Positions 49,263 through 59,753 of a stretch of DNA of 64,000 nucleotides are shown here, in pieces. The stretch spans positions 2,421 through 66,420 of the forward strand of contig JAZLCH010000006.1 of the NCBI GenBank assembly GCA_045614145.1. The letters run 5' to 3'. Both the position numbers and the translations under genes were made by a program. Position 1 is the stretch's first letter, and every line of letters starts with the position of its first letter. This stretch comes from Candidatus Enterousia sp. (GTDB lineage Bacteria; Pseudomonadota; Alphaproteobacteria; Rs-D84). The notes below the pieces were generated by a model. The model worked only from the letters and a program-made list of their open reading frames with translations, did not search any database and was not told where the DNA came from.

Positions 49263-49586
49263 TTATTTGGACTTTGTTTGCTTGCCGAAATACACGTTGT
49301 CAATTGTCTGGTTGAACCTGTCCACTTCTGACCGCATTGTTTTTTCTAGTTCGGGCATCTGGGGATACTTTATTCTTTGAAATGCCTGCACCCGCTGAAT
49401 TGCGCTAATATAGTCTTGAAATTCCAGGGCCTGCCTTTCGCTAAAGACAAGCATATCCGTATTCGGTACCGCATTCCATCTGTCAGGTCTGTTTATATCG
49501 GCACGCAGAACCAAAGTGTAAACATGATTATTTATCTGCTTGTAAGCCAAAATCAAATCATCAGTGTTTATTTTTATAACACTCAT
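49263..49586 (-). CDS. Small hypothetical protein, paralog of the adjacent 117-aa protein
   Basis: Shared motifs YTLxL..A..N..D....N.D...VF....Y...IQ align with the product of 49599-49952. Confidence 0.4.
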   Translation of the reverse strand: MSVIKINTDDLILAYKQINNHVYTLVLRADINRPDRWNAVPNTDMLVFSERQALEFQDYISAIQRVQAFQRIKYPQMPELEKTMRSEVDRFNQTIDNVYFGKQTKSK

Positions 49587-49598
49587 TATTTTATTACC

Positions 49599-51069
<1,471 letters not shown>

Positions 51070-51088
51070 TTATTTCCCTGTTGATACC

Positions 51089-51673
51089 TTATGCTGCCTG
51101 TCGTTCATAGGCAGCGGACATAATGGCCTGATTTTGCGCGGTCTTAGCACCTTCAAGTTGTTCCAGGATTGCGCGCATTTCAGCAATTGATTGCTTCATA
51201 TTGCGTGCTATTTCTTGAACCTGTTCTGGGGTTAAATCCCGGGAAGAAATAGCCTCTTTGCTGTTGCGAACATTGTTTTTAGCGCTTGTATATTTTTCTT
51301 CCTGCGATTTACTCATTTTGCGCATGTTATTGTTAACAAACTTTTCTATTGCACGCATGGCTTCTCTGCTGTTCAAAAAATCTATTCCAAAATTGAACAT
51401 AGCTTTCTTGCCCGCTTTGGTCCCCAGGAATCGCCCAGCGACGCGCGGATTTTTCGCCAAACGCGTTATCGTAGGCATTGCTTCGGAGACAATTTTTCCT
51501 GCGCTTTTTGATGCGACAGCCTTGCTCCCCTGTTTTGCGGCAGCCTTGGCCCCTTGTTTCGCGGCAGCCTTGGCCCCTTGTTTCGCGGCGGTTTTTGCTG
51601 CCTGTTTTGCTACGATTTTTGCGCCCTGGGTGACGGCAACTCTGCCGGTGGCGACGACGACTGGTGCAACCAT
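51089..51673 (-). CDS. Lys/Ala-repeat protein (AAKQGAKA repeats) with a coiled-coil C-terminus, lying between queA and tgt
   Basis: The protein carries tandem AKQGAKAAAKQGAKAAAKQG encoded by perfect 24-bp DNA repeats. It is coupled to the queA stop. Confidence 0.45.
   Translation of the reverse strand: MVAPVVVATGRVAVTQGAKIVAKQAAKTAAKQGAKAAAKQGAKAAAKQGSKAVASKSAGKIVSEAMPTITRLAKNPRVAGRFLGTKAGKKAMFNFGIDFLNSREAMRAIEKFVNNNMRKMSKSQEEKYTSAKNNVRNSKEAISSRDLTPEQVQEIARNMKQSIAEMRAILEQLEGAKTAQNQAIMSAAYERQAA
51517..51610 (-). repeat. 24-bp in-frame tandem repeat array (cagccttggccccttgtttcgcgg, about 4 copies, 2 perfect)
   Basis: The perfect copies are at 51541-51564 and 51565-51588, with degenerate flanking copies. 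Confidence 0.75.
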
Positions 51674-51675
51674 AA

Positions 51676-52701
51676 TTATTCTCCTTTCCTAAATAGTAAA
51701 CAACAATCACCATAACTGAAAAAACGATATTTTTCAGCAATGGCGTGCGAATATGCCGCCTGCATTTCTGACAGACCGGCAAAGGCCGATACCAACATAA
51801 ACAGCGTTGATTTTGGCAAATGAAAATTTGTTAACAAAACATCTACTGCACGGAATTTATATCCTGGTGTGATAAAAATGTTTGTTGTTGTGCAAAATGG
51901 TGCAACACGGCGATATTTTTCGGGTTCACTGTTGGCCATTGCCGCACTTTCCAGCAATCGCAGTGATGTTGTCCCTACCGAAATAACACGCGTAGCGCCG
52001 TTGATTACATCTGCCTGTTCTGCGGTAATACACCCCCATTCGCTGTGCATTTTATGTTCGGACAGATTTTCGGTCTTGACTGGCATCCATGTACCTGCGC
52101 CAACATGCAGGGTAATGTTTACGATTTTTGCACCGCGCGCACGAATTTCATCCAACAATTCAGGTGTAAAGTGCAAACCGGCCGTCGGCGCAGCCATTGA
52201 ACCAATCGGATCGGCATAGACCGTCTGATAGCGTTCACGGTCTGATATTTCTGCGTCACGCTTCATATATGGAGGCAATGGCATTTTGCCCACACGGTCC
52301 AGTGTGGCAAACACATCTTCGGTCATGAATTTGATTTTCAGACCACTGTCCGAATCAATATCACAGATTTTGATTTGCGTGCCGTCGTCCAGCGACATTG
52401 TTTCGCCAACCCGTATTTTTGTAAATTTTCGGCACAATCCCCACCAGCACCCGTCATCGGTTGCAGTATGCAATGTTATTTCATGTTTGCCATCTGCCAT
52501 AAAACGCGCAGGAATAACACGTGAATTATTAAAGACAACAACATCGCCCGGGCGCAGATAATCCAAAAAATCACGGATATGTTTATCCGTCACCCCAGAA
52601 TTATTCACAACCAACATGCGTGATGCGTCGCGCACATCCAGCGGGCGCGATGCGATTAATTCGGTTGGCAATTCAAAATCAAAATCGGACAGTGTTAACA
52701 T
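51676..52701 (-). CDS. queA: S-adenosylmethionine:tRNA ribosyltransferase-isomerase
   Basis: The product is 341 aa and has the QueA N-terminus MLTLSDFDFELPTELIASRPL and a conserved core. Confidence 0.9.
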   Translation of the reverse strand: MLTLSDFDFELPTELIASRPLDVRDASRMLVVNNSGVTDKHIRDFLDYLRPGDVVVFNNSRVIPARFMADGKHEITLHTATDDGCWWGLCRKFTKIRVGETMSLDDGTQIKICDIDSDSGLKIKFMTEDVFATLDRVGKMPLPPYMKRDAEISDRERYQTVYADPIGSMAAPTAGLHFTPELLDEIRARGAKIVNITLHVGAGTWMPVKTENLSEHKMHSEWGCITAEQADVINGATRVISVGTTSLRLLESAAMANSEPEKYRRVAPFCTTTNIFITPGYKFRAVDVLLTNFHLPKSTLFMLVSAFAGLSEMQAAYSHAIAEKYRFFSYGDCCLLFRKGE

Positions 52702-52704
52702 GTT

Positions 52705-53601
52705 CTATTTCTTAAATTCCAGACCCTGGTCAATGTAATTTTCTGCCTTTTCTTCCCAATCAGGTTCAACACGAACAAACAGGTGCAGACGCGCGTTAAC
52801 ACCCCACTGGTCCTGGATATCATGGCGGGCGGCGGTGCCAATTCTTTTTAACTGTTCGCCCCCCTTGCCCACAACAATCTTTTTATGTCCATCGTTGCGC
52901 ACAGCAATTTTTTGATAGATGTCCAGAACGCCATCTTCGGCGACATCAACACGTTCGGTGACAACATTGATATGATATGGTAATTCCTGGTGAATGTATT
53001 TGTATATCTTTTCACGCGTTAATTCAGATAAATACAATTCATCAGGCACATCCGGCGCATCAACAGTGTCAAACAAGTATGGCGATTGTGGCATAACAGA
53101 TGCCAATGCATCCAACATCGGCGCAATACCGTCATTCTTTAATGCAGAAATCATAAAGATTTCGCCCCACGGTGCCATTTGTGATATTTCCGCAACCATT
53201 GGCAGCAGTTCCAGTTTTGGGATCGCGTCAACCTTGTTCAATGCGACAAATATATTTGGACGGTCGGCAATCTTGGTTGCCAGGGCGCGAATTGTTTCGG
53301 TTATACCCTTTTGCGCATCAATCAACAGCAACACCGCATCGGCGTCACTAACCGCATCCATTGCAGCGGCGACCATCGCGCGGTCCAGACGGCGCGAAGG
53401 CTTGAACACGCCGGGCGTATCAACAAATATTAACTGTTTGTCCCCAACCATTTTGACGGCACGCAGACGAGTGCGCGTGGTCTGCACTTTGTGCGAAACA
53501 ATCGAGACCTTGCGCCCCATAATTTGGTTTAACAATGTACTTTTGCCCGCGTTTGTCGGGCCAATGATGGCAACAAAGCCGGAATATGTTTTTTCTGTCA
53601 T
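52705..53601 (-). CDS. era: GTPase Era
   Basis: G1 GPTNAGKSTLLN, G3 DTPG and a C-terminal KH domain are present. The start is placed at MTEKTYSG, 53599-53601; the ORF track has a long N-terminal extension. Confidence 0.88.
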   Translation of the reverse strand: MTEKTYSGFVAIIGPTNAGKSTLLNQIMGRKVSIVSHKVQTTRTRLRAVKMVGDKQLIFVDTPGVFKPSRRLDRAMVAAAMDAVSDADAVLLLIDAQKGITETIRALATKIADRPNIFVALNKVDAIPKLELLPMVAEISQMAPWGEIFMISALKNDGIAPMLDALASVMPQSPYLFDTVDAPDVPDELYLSELTREKIYKYIHQELPYHINVVTERVDVAEDGVLDIYQKIAVRNDGHKKIVVGKGGEQLKRIGTAARHDIQDQWGVNARLHLFVRVEPDWEEKAENYIDQGLEFKK

Positions 53602-53702
53602 GCTGAAAACCATAGCACAACAATTTGAAAAGTAAACAAAAACCTTGCAAATATGCATATTTGTGCTAAATCTGGGTATACCATAAAACAAAGGATTTTT
53701 AT

Positions 53703-54407
53703 ATGCAGTTAACTGGGCCAGAAATTTTACGCAGAATGCAGACAAAAGGCAAACCTGATATTGTTATTGAACCGTTTGATTTAAGATGTTTGGGGTCTAA
53801 CAGTTATGACCTGCATCTGGCAGATACACTGCGTATTTACAAGCACACATTGCCGTATGGAATGAAACCAGCAATTGAATACAAAGGCGACAGAAAACAA
53901 CATCATATGGAAGACTGGTTCGAAACAACAAGCTATTTTCTGGCATTTCAAAAAGCACCGTGGGCGTTCACCAGTGACAACCCGTTCTATTTAATAGACC
54001 CAACAAATCCTGAACATCACGAAACCATGGATATAAAAATACCAAAAACGGGGCTAATTTTATCCCCGGCGATTGGCTATCTGGGGTCAACGGTTGAATA
54101 TACAGAAACACGCAACCTGTTCCCGTATATTGATGGGAAATCCAGCGTTGGACGCAATTTTATACTGAATCACCATACCGCAGGCCGTGGCGACGATGGT
54201 TTCTGTGGGGAATGGACGTTGGAAATACGTGTTTTGTATCCAACAGTTGTTTATCCAAATATGCGAATTGGCCAGATTTACTATGAAAAGTTTTCAGGCA
54301 ATCGCTTGTCATATGATAAAAACCCAACCAGCCACTATAACGGGCAACGCGGACCAACAGCGGCGGCAATCATACCAATTGATGACTTTATACAAAAACA
54401 AAGATAA
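53703..54407 (+). CDS. dcd: dCTP deaminase
   Basis: The product is 234 aa with Dcd-like N- and C-terminal regions and a dUTPase-fold size. Confidence 0.75.
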   Translation: MQLTGPEILRRMQTKGKPDIVIEPFDLRCLGSNSYDLHLADTLRIYKHTLPYGMKPAIEYKGDRKQHHMEDWFETTSYFLAFQKAPWAFTSDNPFYLIDPTNPEHHETMDIKIPKTGLILSPAIGYLGSTVEYTETRNLFPYIDGKSSVGRNFILNHHTAGRGDDGFCGEWTLEIRVLYPTVVYPNMRIGQIYYEKFSGNRLSYDKNPTSHYNGQRGPTAAAIIPIDDFIQKQR

Positions 54408-54419
54408 AAAGGTTTTAGC

Positions 54420-54917
54420 ATGAGCGAGTTTATGCAAGATTCTGAACAATATTATTTTACCGTACGTGACACTTTTGAAGCTGCGCAACGCATCATAGAA
54501 CTGTCAAAAGAAATGCCTGAAAACAAGCCCTTTGTCAAGGATTTAAATGATATGTGTGAACTGTTTCATGCAATGGAAAACGCGATTATTTCTAATCCAG
54601 ATTCCACAGGAAATATAACATATGACATCGCATATCAGATACTGGCGCTGTGCAAAAATGAAAAATATGCATGCATGATGATGAAACGCAAATTCTATAT
54701 GAACATGGTGACGATATTAAAGCGCGCAAACCGCGGTGTGCCAGTTGACCCGGCGTTGCGCCATGCACTGTCGGGGATGCAACAGAAATTTGCACCCTTG
54801 ATGCTACAAAATCTGAAAGATATCATTGCGCCCGAACAGACCGTCAGAACATTTGATGAAACACGGCACAAAATTATCCATCAGAAAATTCAGGTTAAAC
54901 AACCGCGAAAGAGATAA
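54420..54917 (+). CDS. Hypothetical protein (165 aa)
   Basis: The stop is followed by a terminator. No motif was recognised. Confidence 0.35.
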   Translation: MSEFMQDSEQYYFTVRDTFEAAQRIIELSKEMPENKPFVKDLNDMCELFHAMENAIISNPDSTGNITYDIAYQILALCKNEKYACMMMKRKFYMNMVTILKRANRGVPVDPALRHALSGMQQKFAPLMLQNLKDIIAPEQTVRTFDETRHKIIHQKIQVKQPRKR

Positions 54918-54920
54918 AAA

Positions 54921-54945
54921 CGCCGCCGTTTGGCGGTTTTTTATT
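54921..54945 (+). terminator. Intrinsic terminator
   Basis: Hairpin ccgcc-gttt-ggcgg is followed by a T-tract. Confidence 0.55.
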
Positions 54946-55137
54946 GATTTTTTTCGTGCTTTGTCTATAATATGCGTATGTTAAGAGAAAATTTTATCTT
55001 CTTTGATTCTAAATGCTGGCGCGTTGTCGCCGACTAAATTTTTGCGCCCCGGGGCCCGGGCAAAGTAAATTTGGGCTTTCATTTCATGAATAAAATTACT
55101 AAAATAAAAACGATAAGAATAATAAAAGGTATTTACT

Positions 55138-56130
55138 ATGTCTGAAAAGGTAGTATTAACAGGTATTAAGCCAACCGGCATGCCGCATTTGGGGAACTAT
55201 GTTGGCGCACTGAAACCATTAATTGAACAGTCAAAAACACAGAAAACATTTATGTTTATCGCAGATTTGCACGCGTTGAACACTATTCATGATGCCGCGC
55301 AGATAAAACAGCACACTTATGAAATTGCGGCGCTGATGGTTGCGTTGGGACTGGATTTGAATAACGCAATATTATTCCGCCAGTCTGATATTAGTGAAAT
55401 CTATCATTTGAACACATTGCTGACGAATGTCACGCCCAAGGGGTTAATGAATCGCGCACATTCGTACAAGGCCGCAATGGATAAAAACATCGCAATTGGT
55501 GCAGACGTTGATGCAGGGATTAATATGGGGCTGTATACATATCCAATTTTAATGACCGCGGATATTTTGCTGTACAATTCTGACATTGTGCCGGTGGGCG
55601 CAGATCAAAAACAGCATGTTGAATTCGCGCGTGATATCGCAGGGTACTTTAATAAAATATATGGCGATACTTTTAAAATGCCAGAACCTGTTATCGGTGC
55701 AGAAACAGGCCTGATACCTGGGCTGGACGGGCGCAAGATGAGCAAATCCTATGACAATATCATCCCGCTGTTTGCACCAGAAAAGGAACTGAAAAAGAAA
55801 ATTATGCGCATTATTACGGATTCTAAACTGCCCGAGGATAAAAAAGATCCGGATGAATCCACGATATATCAATTGTATAAACATTTCGCAACAGATGCCG
55901 AGGTTGCAGAATTTGCAGAAATGTTCCGTCGTGGTGGCATGGGATATGGCACTGCAAAAACAATACTGTTTGAAAAAATCAATTCAGTATTGGCAGAACC
56001 ACGGGCAAAATACGAATACCTGATGTCAAACACTGCGGAAATTGATGCGATTTTGGCAGATGGCGCAAAACGCGCAGGTGCGGTCGCACGCGAAACACTG
56101 GGGCGCGTTAAAAAGGCAATGTTGGGCTAA
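55138..56130 (+). CDS. trpS: Tryptophanyl-tRNA synthetase
   Basis: A class I HIGH-type motif TGIKPTGMPHLGNY and KMSKS are present. The product is 330 aa. Confidence 0.92.
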   Translation: MSEKVVLTGIKPTGMPHLGNYVGALKPLIEQSKTQKTFMFIADLHALNTIHDAAQIKQHTYEIAALMVALGLDLNNAILFRQSDISEIYHLNTLLTNVTPKGLMNRAHSYKAAMDKNIAIGADVDAGINMGLYTYPILMTADILLYNSDIVPVGADQKQHVEFARDIAGYFNKIYGDTFKMPEPVIGAETGLIPGLDGRKMSKSYDNIIPLFAPEKELKKKIMRIITDSKLPEDKKDPDESTIYQLYKHFATDAEVAEFAEMFRRGGMGYGTAKTILFEKINSVLAEPRAKYEYLMSNTAEIDAILADGAKRAGAVARETLGRVKKAMLG

Positions 56131-56156
56131 AAGATAAAATAAAGGAGAGAGAACAG

Positions 56157-56891
56157 ATGAAAAAAACACTGATTTGGATTGGAACAGTTGTTGGGGCGGG
56201 CGCGGTAATGGCGCTGGCCTTTAATTTACTGGAACAAAATGCCGTGGTTCGAACCGTGTCTGTTAATGGCGAATGCATCACCACGTTTAAAAAAGACAAG
56301 ACTGCAATTACTCTGCGTGTGACAACATTGGCACCAACAGCGGCGGAATCTATGAAACGCGCCACAGAAAAAGTGACCCAGATAACAAAACAACTGGAAA
56401 CGTTGCCGGTGGAAATGCAGACAACGCAATTTAATTCATACGAAAAAACCGAATGGAATCGCGATGAACAAAAATCTGTTACACTGGGGATTGAAACAAC
56501 TATCGCAATCGAGGTTTCAGCAAACGGCATGACCACAATCGAAACCGTGTTGGCACAATTTGCGGGACAGAATGATATATATACCGAAAACCTGCGCATG
56601 TATGCCAGTCCGGCTGTTACCAAGGCGGCACTGGAAAAATGCCTGAGTGGCGCGACCGAAAACGCACGCGTGCGTGCAGATGCACTGGCCGCTGGCGATG
56701 GACGCAAGGCCGGTAAAATGTTAAGCGTTTCGTACGGTACACAGATGACAAATGTCGCAGTGCCAGCATATGGATTGATGCGCACAAAAATGAACATAGC
56801 CGAAGCTGCTGCCATGGATACCAGCGGAACAATCGTCGGCAAAGATGCAGAATTGTCTGTTTCTGTGTCCGCAATATTTGAAATTAAATAG
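56157..56891 (+). CDS. SIMPL/DUF541-family periplasmic protein
   Basis: A signal peptide, a strong RBS aaaggagag and DUF541-like sequence character are present. The equal-length antisense ORF is a shadow. Confidence 0.55.
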   Translation: MKKTLIWIGTVVGAGAVMALAFNLLEQNAVVRTVSVNGECITTFKKDKTAITLRVTTLAPTAAESMKRATEKVTQITKQLETLPVEMQTTQFNSYEKTEWNRDEQKSVTLGIETTIAIEVSANGMTTIETVLAQFAGQNDIYTENLRMYASPAVTKAALEKCLSGATENARVRADALAAGDGRKAGKMLSVSYGTQMTNVAVPAYGLMRTKMNIAEAAAMDTSGTIVGKDAELSVSVSAIFEIK

Positions 56892-56898
56892 GCACAGC

Positions 56899-57810
56899 AT
56901 GAATGCGAATGTCATCGATTTTATTGAATATCTGATTCAAACAAAACACTATTCTGCGCACACGGCAACGGCGTATGAAAATGACATTCGCGATTTTATA
57001 AATTTTTTGGACGATTATCAGGGTGGCGCGCCCAGCCTGTCAGATTTTGCGCGCGCAGACACAATCTGCTTTCGCGCATATCTGGCAAATCGCCAACGGC
57101 GCGGTATGTCTGCAAACGCTACGGCGCGGGCGCTGTCTTCGCTGCGGGGTTTTTACAGGTTTCTGGGGAAATATTGCGGAATAAATAATGAGGCAATCGG
57201 TCTGATATCTGCGCCCAAGATTCCACGAAAATTGTCCAAGGCAATCGCACCAGTTGATGTTGAAAATATGCATGGCGCAATATCTGAAATCAATGCGCGC
57301 GAACCATGGATTGCGGCGCGCGATTGGGCGTTGGTCGTGTTGCTGTTTGGGTGCGGCCTGCGCATATCCGAGGCATTAGCCCTGAAGAACAAAGACATCG
57401 CAGGATTCCCAGCGGTATTAAGAATTACTGGCAAAGGCAAAAAGGAAAGATTGGTACCGGTTCTGCCGGCGGTTTGGGGCGCGATTGAAAAATATATGCG
57501 ATTGCGTCCATTTGGGAACGGTGCAGACGATGCGCTGTTTCGCAGTGTGCGCGGTCTGCCGATGTCGGCCCGCATGGCGGAAAAGGTTATCGAGGCACTG
57601 CGACACCATCTGCAATTGCCAGATTATGTGACACCGCACGCGTTGCGACACACTTTTGCGACCGCCCTGTTGGCGGACGGGGCAGATTTACGCAGTTTGC
57701 AAGAGCTGCTGGGGCATTCGTCGTTATCAACCACACAATTATATACGCGCGTGAACATGGCAGAAATCACGGATATTTACGCAAATGCACATCCGCGCGC
57801 CAAGGATTAA
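56899..57810 (+). CDS. xerC: Tyrosine recombinase XerC/XerD family
   Basis: An N-terminal SAM-like domain precedes a catalytic domain with R...HALRHTFAT...LLGH...Y. The catalytic residues R, H-x-x-R, H and Y are present. Confidence 0.8.
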   Translation: MNANVIDFIEYLIQTKHYSAHTATAYENDIRDFINFLDDYQGGAPSLSDFARADTICFRAYLANRQRRGMSANATARALSSLRGFYRFLGKYCGINNEAIGLISAPKIPRKLSKAIAPVDVENMHGAISEINAREPWIAARDWALVVLLFGCGLRISEALALKNKDIAGFPAVLRITGKGKKERLVPVLPAVWGAIEKYMRLRPFGNGADDALFRSVRGLPMSARMAEKVIEALRHHLQLPDYVTPHALRHTFATALLADGADLRSLQELLGHSSLSTTQLYTRVNMAEITDIYANAHPRAKD

Positions 57811-57884
57811 TTTATTTTTTTACAACAATCGCAAAAAAGTACTTGCATTTATTCCAAGAACATTATATTATAAGCAACGCTTTA

Positions 57885-57961
57885 GGGGTTGTAGCTCAGC
57901 TGGTTAGAGCGTCTGCCTGTCACGCAGAAGGTCGCGGGTTCGAGCCCCGTCAATCCCGCCA
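57885..57961 (+). tRNA. tRNA-Asp (anticodon GTC)
   Basis: Manual fold: acceptor GGGGTTG/CAATCCC, D-arm GCTC-AGCTGGTT-AGAGC, anticodon loop CTGTCAC, T-arm GCGGG-TTCGAGC-CCCGT, CCA encoded. Confidence 0.8.
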
Positions 57962-58138
57962 GTATTTACACCGTCGTTCGACGGTGTTTTTTATTTGACG
58001 GGGCGAAGAACCCACAGGGTTCGGAACGCCAGTTGACAAGAACAAGCACGCGCTGTTCGAGTCTTATGTAGTGAAAGGCCCCATCGTGGCGACGCGCCAC
58101 AGATGGGAATTTACAACCCCGTCATCCCGCCAGTATTT
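57945..58138 (+). repeat. Direct repeat of the tRNA-Asp 3' end (ccccgtca(a)tcccgccagtattt): copy 1 at 57945-57967 inside or adjoining the tRNA, copy 2 at 58117-58138
   Basis: The match is 22 of 23 nt with a single 1-nt indel. The copies are about 172 bp apart. Confidence 0.65.
57969..57992 (+). terminator. Terminator after tRNA-Asp
   Basis: Hairpin caccgtcg-tt-cgacggtg is followed by a T-tract. Confidence 0.6.
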
Positions 58139-58229
58139 GCTGCAGTTTCCTGCGGTTTTTCTTTTGTTTGTTTTCCACATAAAAAACGCATACACAGTTG
58201 GTATGCGTTTTTATCCAGCGATTCAAAAA

Positions 58230-58946
58230 TTAAAATCTGTAGCCTATCCCCATGGCAACAGAAAAAGAACTGGCGCTTATCGAAATGTCTGTATCATCTA
58301 TTTCTGTCTCGGGGATAAAGGCATAGCTGGCAACGCCATATAAAAAGAAATTATAATTTACATAATAATTTACACCAAATCCAAATTTTATCATCAGGGA
58401 AGAAAAATCTATATCACTGGTTTCTGCAAAAATACCGGCCAGCCCCAGACGAAAAAATGGCGATGTATTTTCTGTTCCGTTTATAAAGCCATCAACAGTT
58501 ATTCCATATACGCCGGCATCCGTTTCTGTATTGTCGTCACCATCTATTGATGTTTCAATGTTCTGGTGCGCAATATCAAATGACAAGCGGACCCTGTTAT
58601 CTATATCAAAGCCAAACTTTAATGATATATCATCAAAAATCCCTTGGTTAATGGTAAATTCTGATGTGTCCTGATTAATTTCTTCTCCAAGTAAAACACT
58701 GCTCAGGTTTGTCGTATTATAAGACAACAAGGGTGCTTCTACGCTTATGAAAAATCGTGTATCAGATAATCTTTTTGGAACATAAACCGTGTCATTGTAT
58801 ATGATTTCGTCTGTAACATCTTGAAAGATGATTTCTTCTGTCTCTTGCGTATCAATATCAGGTTCTGCAACATTATCTTCGGCAAAACATGCGGCAGAAA
58901 CCGATAAAGACATTACCAAAGATAGTAACAATAATTTTGTTTTCAT
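58230..58946 (-). CDS. Outer-membrane beta-barrel protein (OmpA-like transmembrane / OMP_b-brl family)
   Basis: A signal peptide MKTKLLLLSLVMSLSVSAA, alternating amphipathic strands and a C-terminal GIGYRF aromatic terminus are present. Confidence 0.55.
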   Translation of the reverse strand: MKTKLLLLSLVMSLSVSAACFAEDNVAEPDIDTQETEEIIFQDVTDEIIYNDTVYVPKRLSDTRFFISVEAPLLSYNTTNLSSVLLGEEINQDTSEFTINQGIFDDISLKFGFDIDNRVRLSFDIAHQNIETSIDGDDNTETDAGVYGITVDGFINGTENTSPFFRLGLAGIFAETSDIDFSSLMIKFGFGVNYYVNYNFFLYGVASYAFIPETEIDDTDISISASSFSVAMGIGYRF

Positions 58947-59128
58947 TTTTTCCTCTTTTTGTAATAACCAGGCAGTCTTTCTGTGTGATGATTATATGCT
59001 AGGAAAAAATATTACATATTGCAAATTTTATTTCTGACTATCGTCATATTGACGGTGTTTTTTCTTGTTTATTATTTTAAATTAATAATCTATAATCTGA
59101 ATATACAAAACAAACAAAGGAGAATATT

Positions 59129-59590
59129 ATGAACCTGAAATCTTTTATCGCAGGCGCATGTGTGTTGGCGTTGGTCGCATGTGGTGACAATGCACAAAAC
59201 CCAGAATTATTAAAGGGCGCAAACTTTGTTTCTGCACAGCCGGGCGCAGATATCACACTGACGTTTGATCCAAATGAAATGCGCGTTTATGGGCGCGTGG
59301 TAAACCTGTATAATGGTGGATATACCGCAGATGGTAATAACATTAAATTTGAAGGCTTTGCATCAACAATGATGATGGGAGACCCCCAGGCGATGGAGGC
59401 AGAACAAGAATACTTTCAGTTTATGCCGACGGTTGAAAAATATGAACTGGGCGATGGGAAATTGACATTGATTTCTGGCGACGGCAAAGAGATTGTCTTT
59501 ACCCAGGTTGAAGAATTGCCAGGCGAAAAGGCACCGGCCAACACCGAAGCGCCAGCCGCTGAAGTGCCAGCCGCAGCGGACGCAAAATAA
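59129..59590 (+). CDS. META/HslJ-like domain lipoprotein
   Basis: A lipobox LALVAC and a META-domain-like core (ITLTFDPNEMRVYGRVVNLYNGGYT...KLTLISGDGKEIVF) are present. Confidence 0.5.
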   Translation: MNLKSFIAGACVLALVACGDNAQNPELLKGANFVSAQPGADITLTFDPNEMRVYGRVVNLYNGGYTADGNNIKFEGFASTMMMGDPQAMEAEQEYFQFMPTVEKYELGDGKLTLISGDGKEIVFTQVEELPGEKAPANTEAPAAEVPAAADAK

Positions 59591-59677
59591 ATCGGAATAA
59601 AATCATTGTTATTTACTTGACAATTGATTTGAATACCGTTATAATTTGCCAGCGTTTGATTAAGAACAGGCAGTTTT

Positions 59678-59753
59678 GGCCCCATCGTCTAGAGGCCTAG
59701 GACACCGCCCTTTCAAGGCGAGAACACCGGTTCGAATCCGGTTGGGGCTGCCA
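59678..59753 (+). tRNA. tRNA-Glu (anticodon TTC)
   Basis: Manual fold: acceptor GGCCCCA/TGGGGCT, D-region GTCTAGAGGCCTAGGAC typical of tRNA-Glu, anticodon loop CTTTCAA, T-arm ACCGG-TTCGAAT-CCGGT, CCA encoded. Confidence 0.8.

Noticed and set aside
51258-51782. Plus- and minus-strand ORFs of 144-149 aa overlapping the KA-repeat gene and the queA end.
   Set aside because: These are frame-shifted readings of the same 24-bp tandem repeat (CFAAALAP repeats). The minus-frame AAKQGAKA reading is contiguous with the operon and is coupled to queA.
55030-55055. GC-rich palindrome gcgccccggggcccgggc upstream of trpS.
   Set aside because: It stands out in AT-rich intergenic DNA but has no recognisable T-box or attenuator architecture. 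It is probably a simple hairpin. The evidence is insufficient to call it.
56108-56842. 244-aa minus-strand ORF exactly as long as the plus-strand SIMPL/DUF541 gene it overlaps.
   Set aside because: The plus-strand frame has a strong RBS (aaaggagag), a signal peptide and DUF541-like composition. The minus frame is Ser/Ala/Val-rich, has no RBS, and is a shadow.
56899-57810. XerC-family tyrosine recombinase as the integrase of a tRNA-Asp island.
   Set aside because: It lies upstream of the tRNA 5' end rather than downstream of the 3' end where an island integrase would sit. Its sequence looks like housekeeping XerC/D. It is kept only as a note in the findings.
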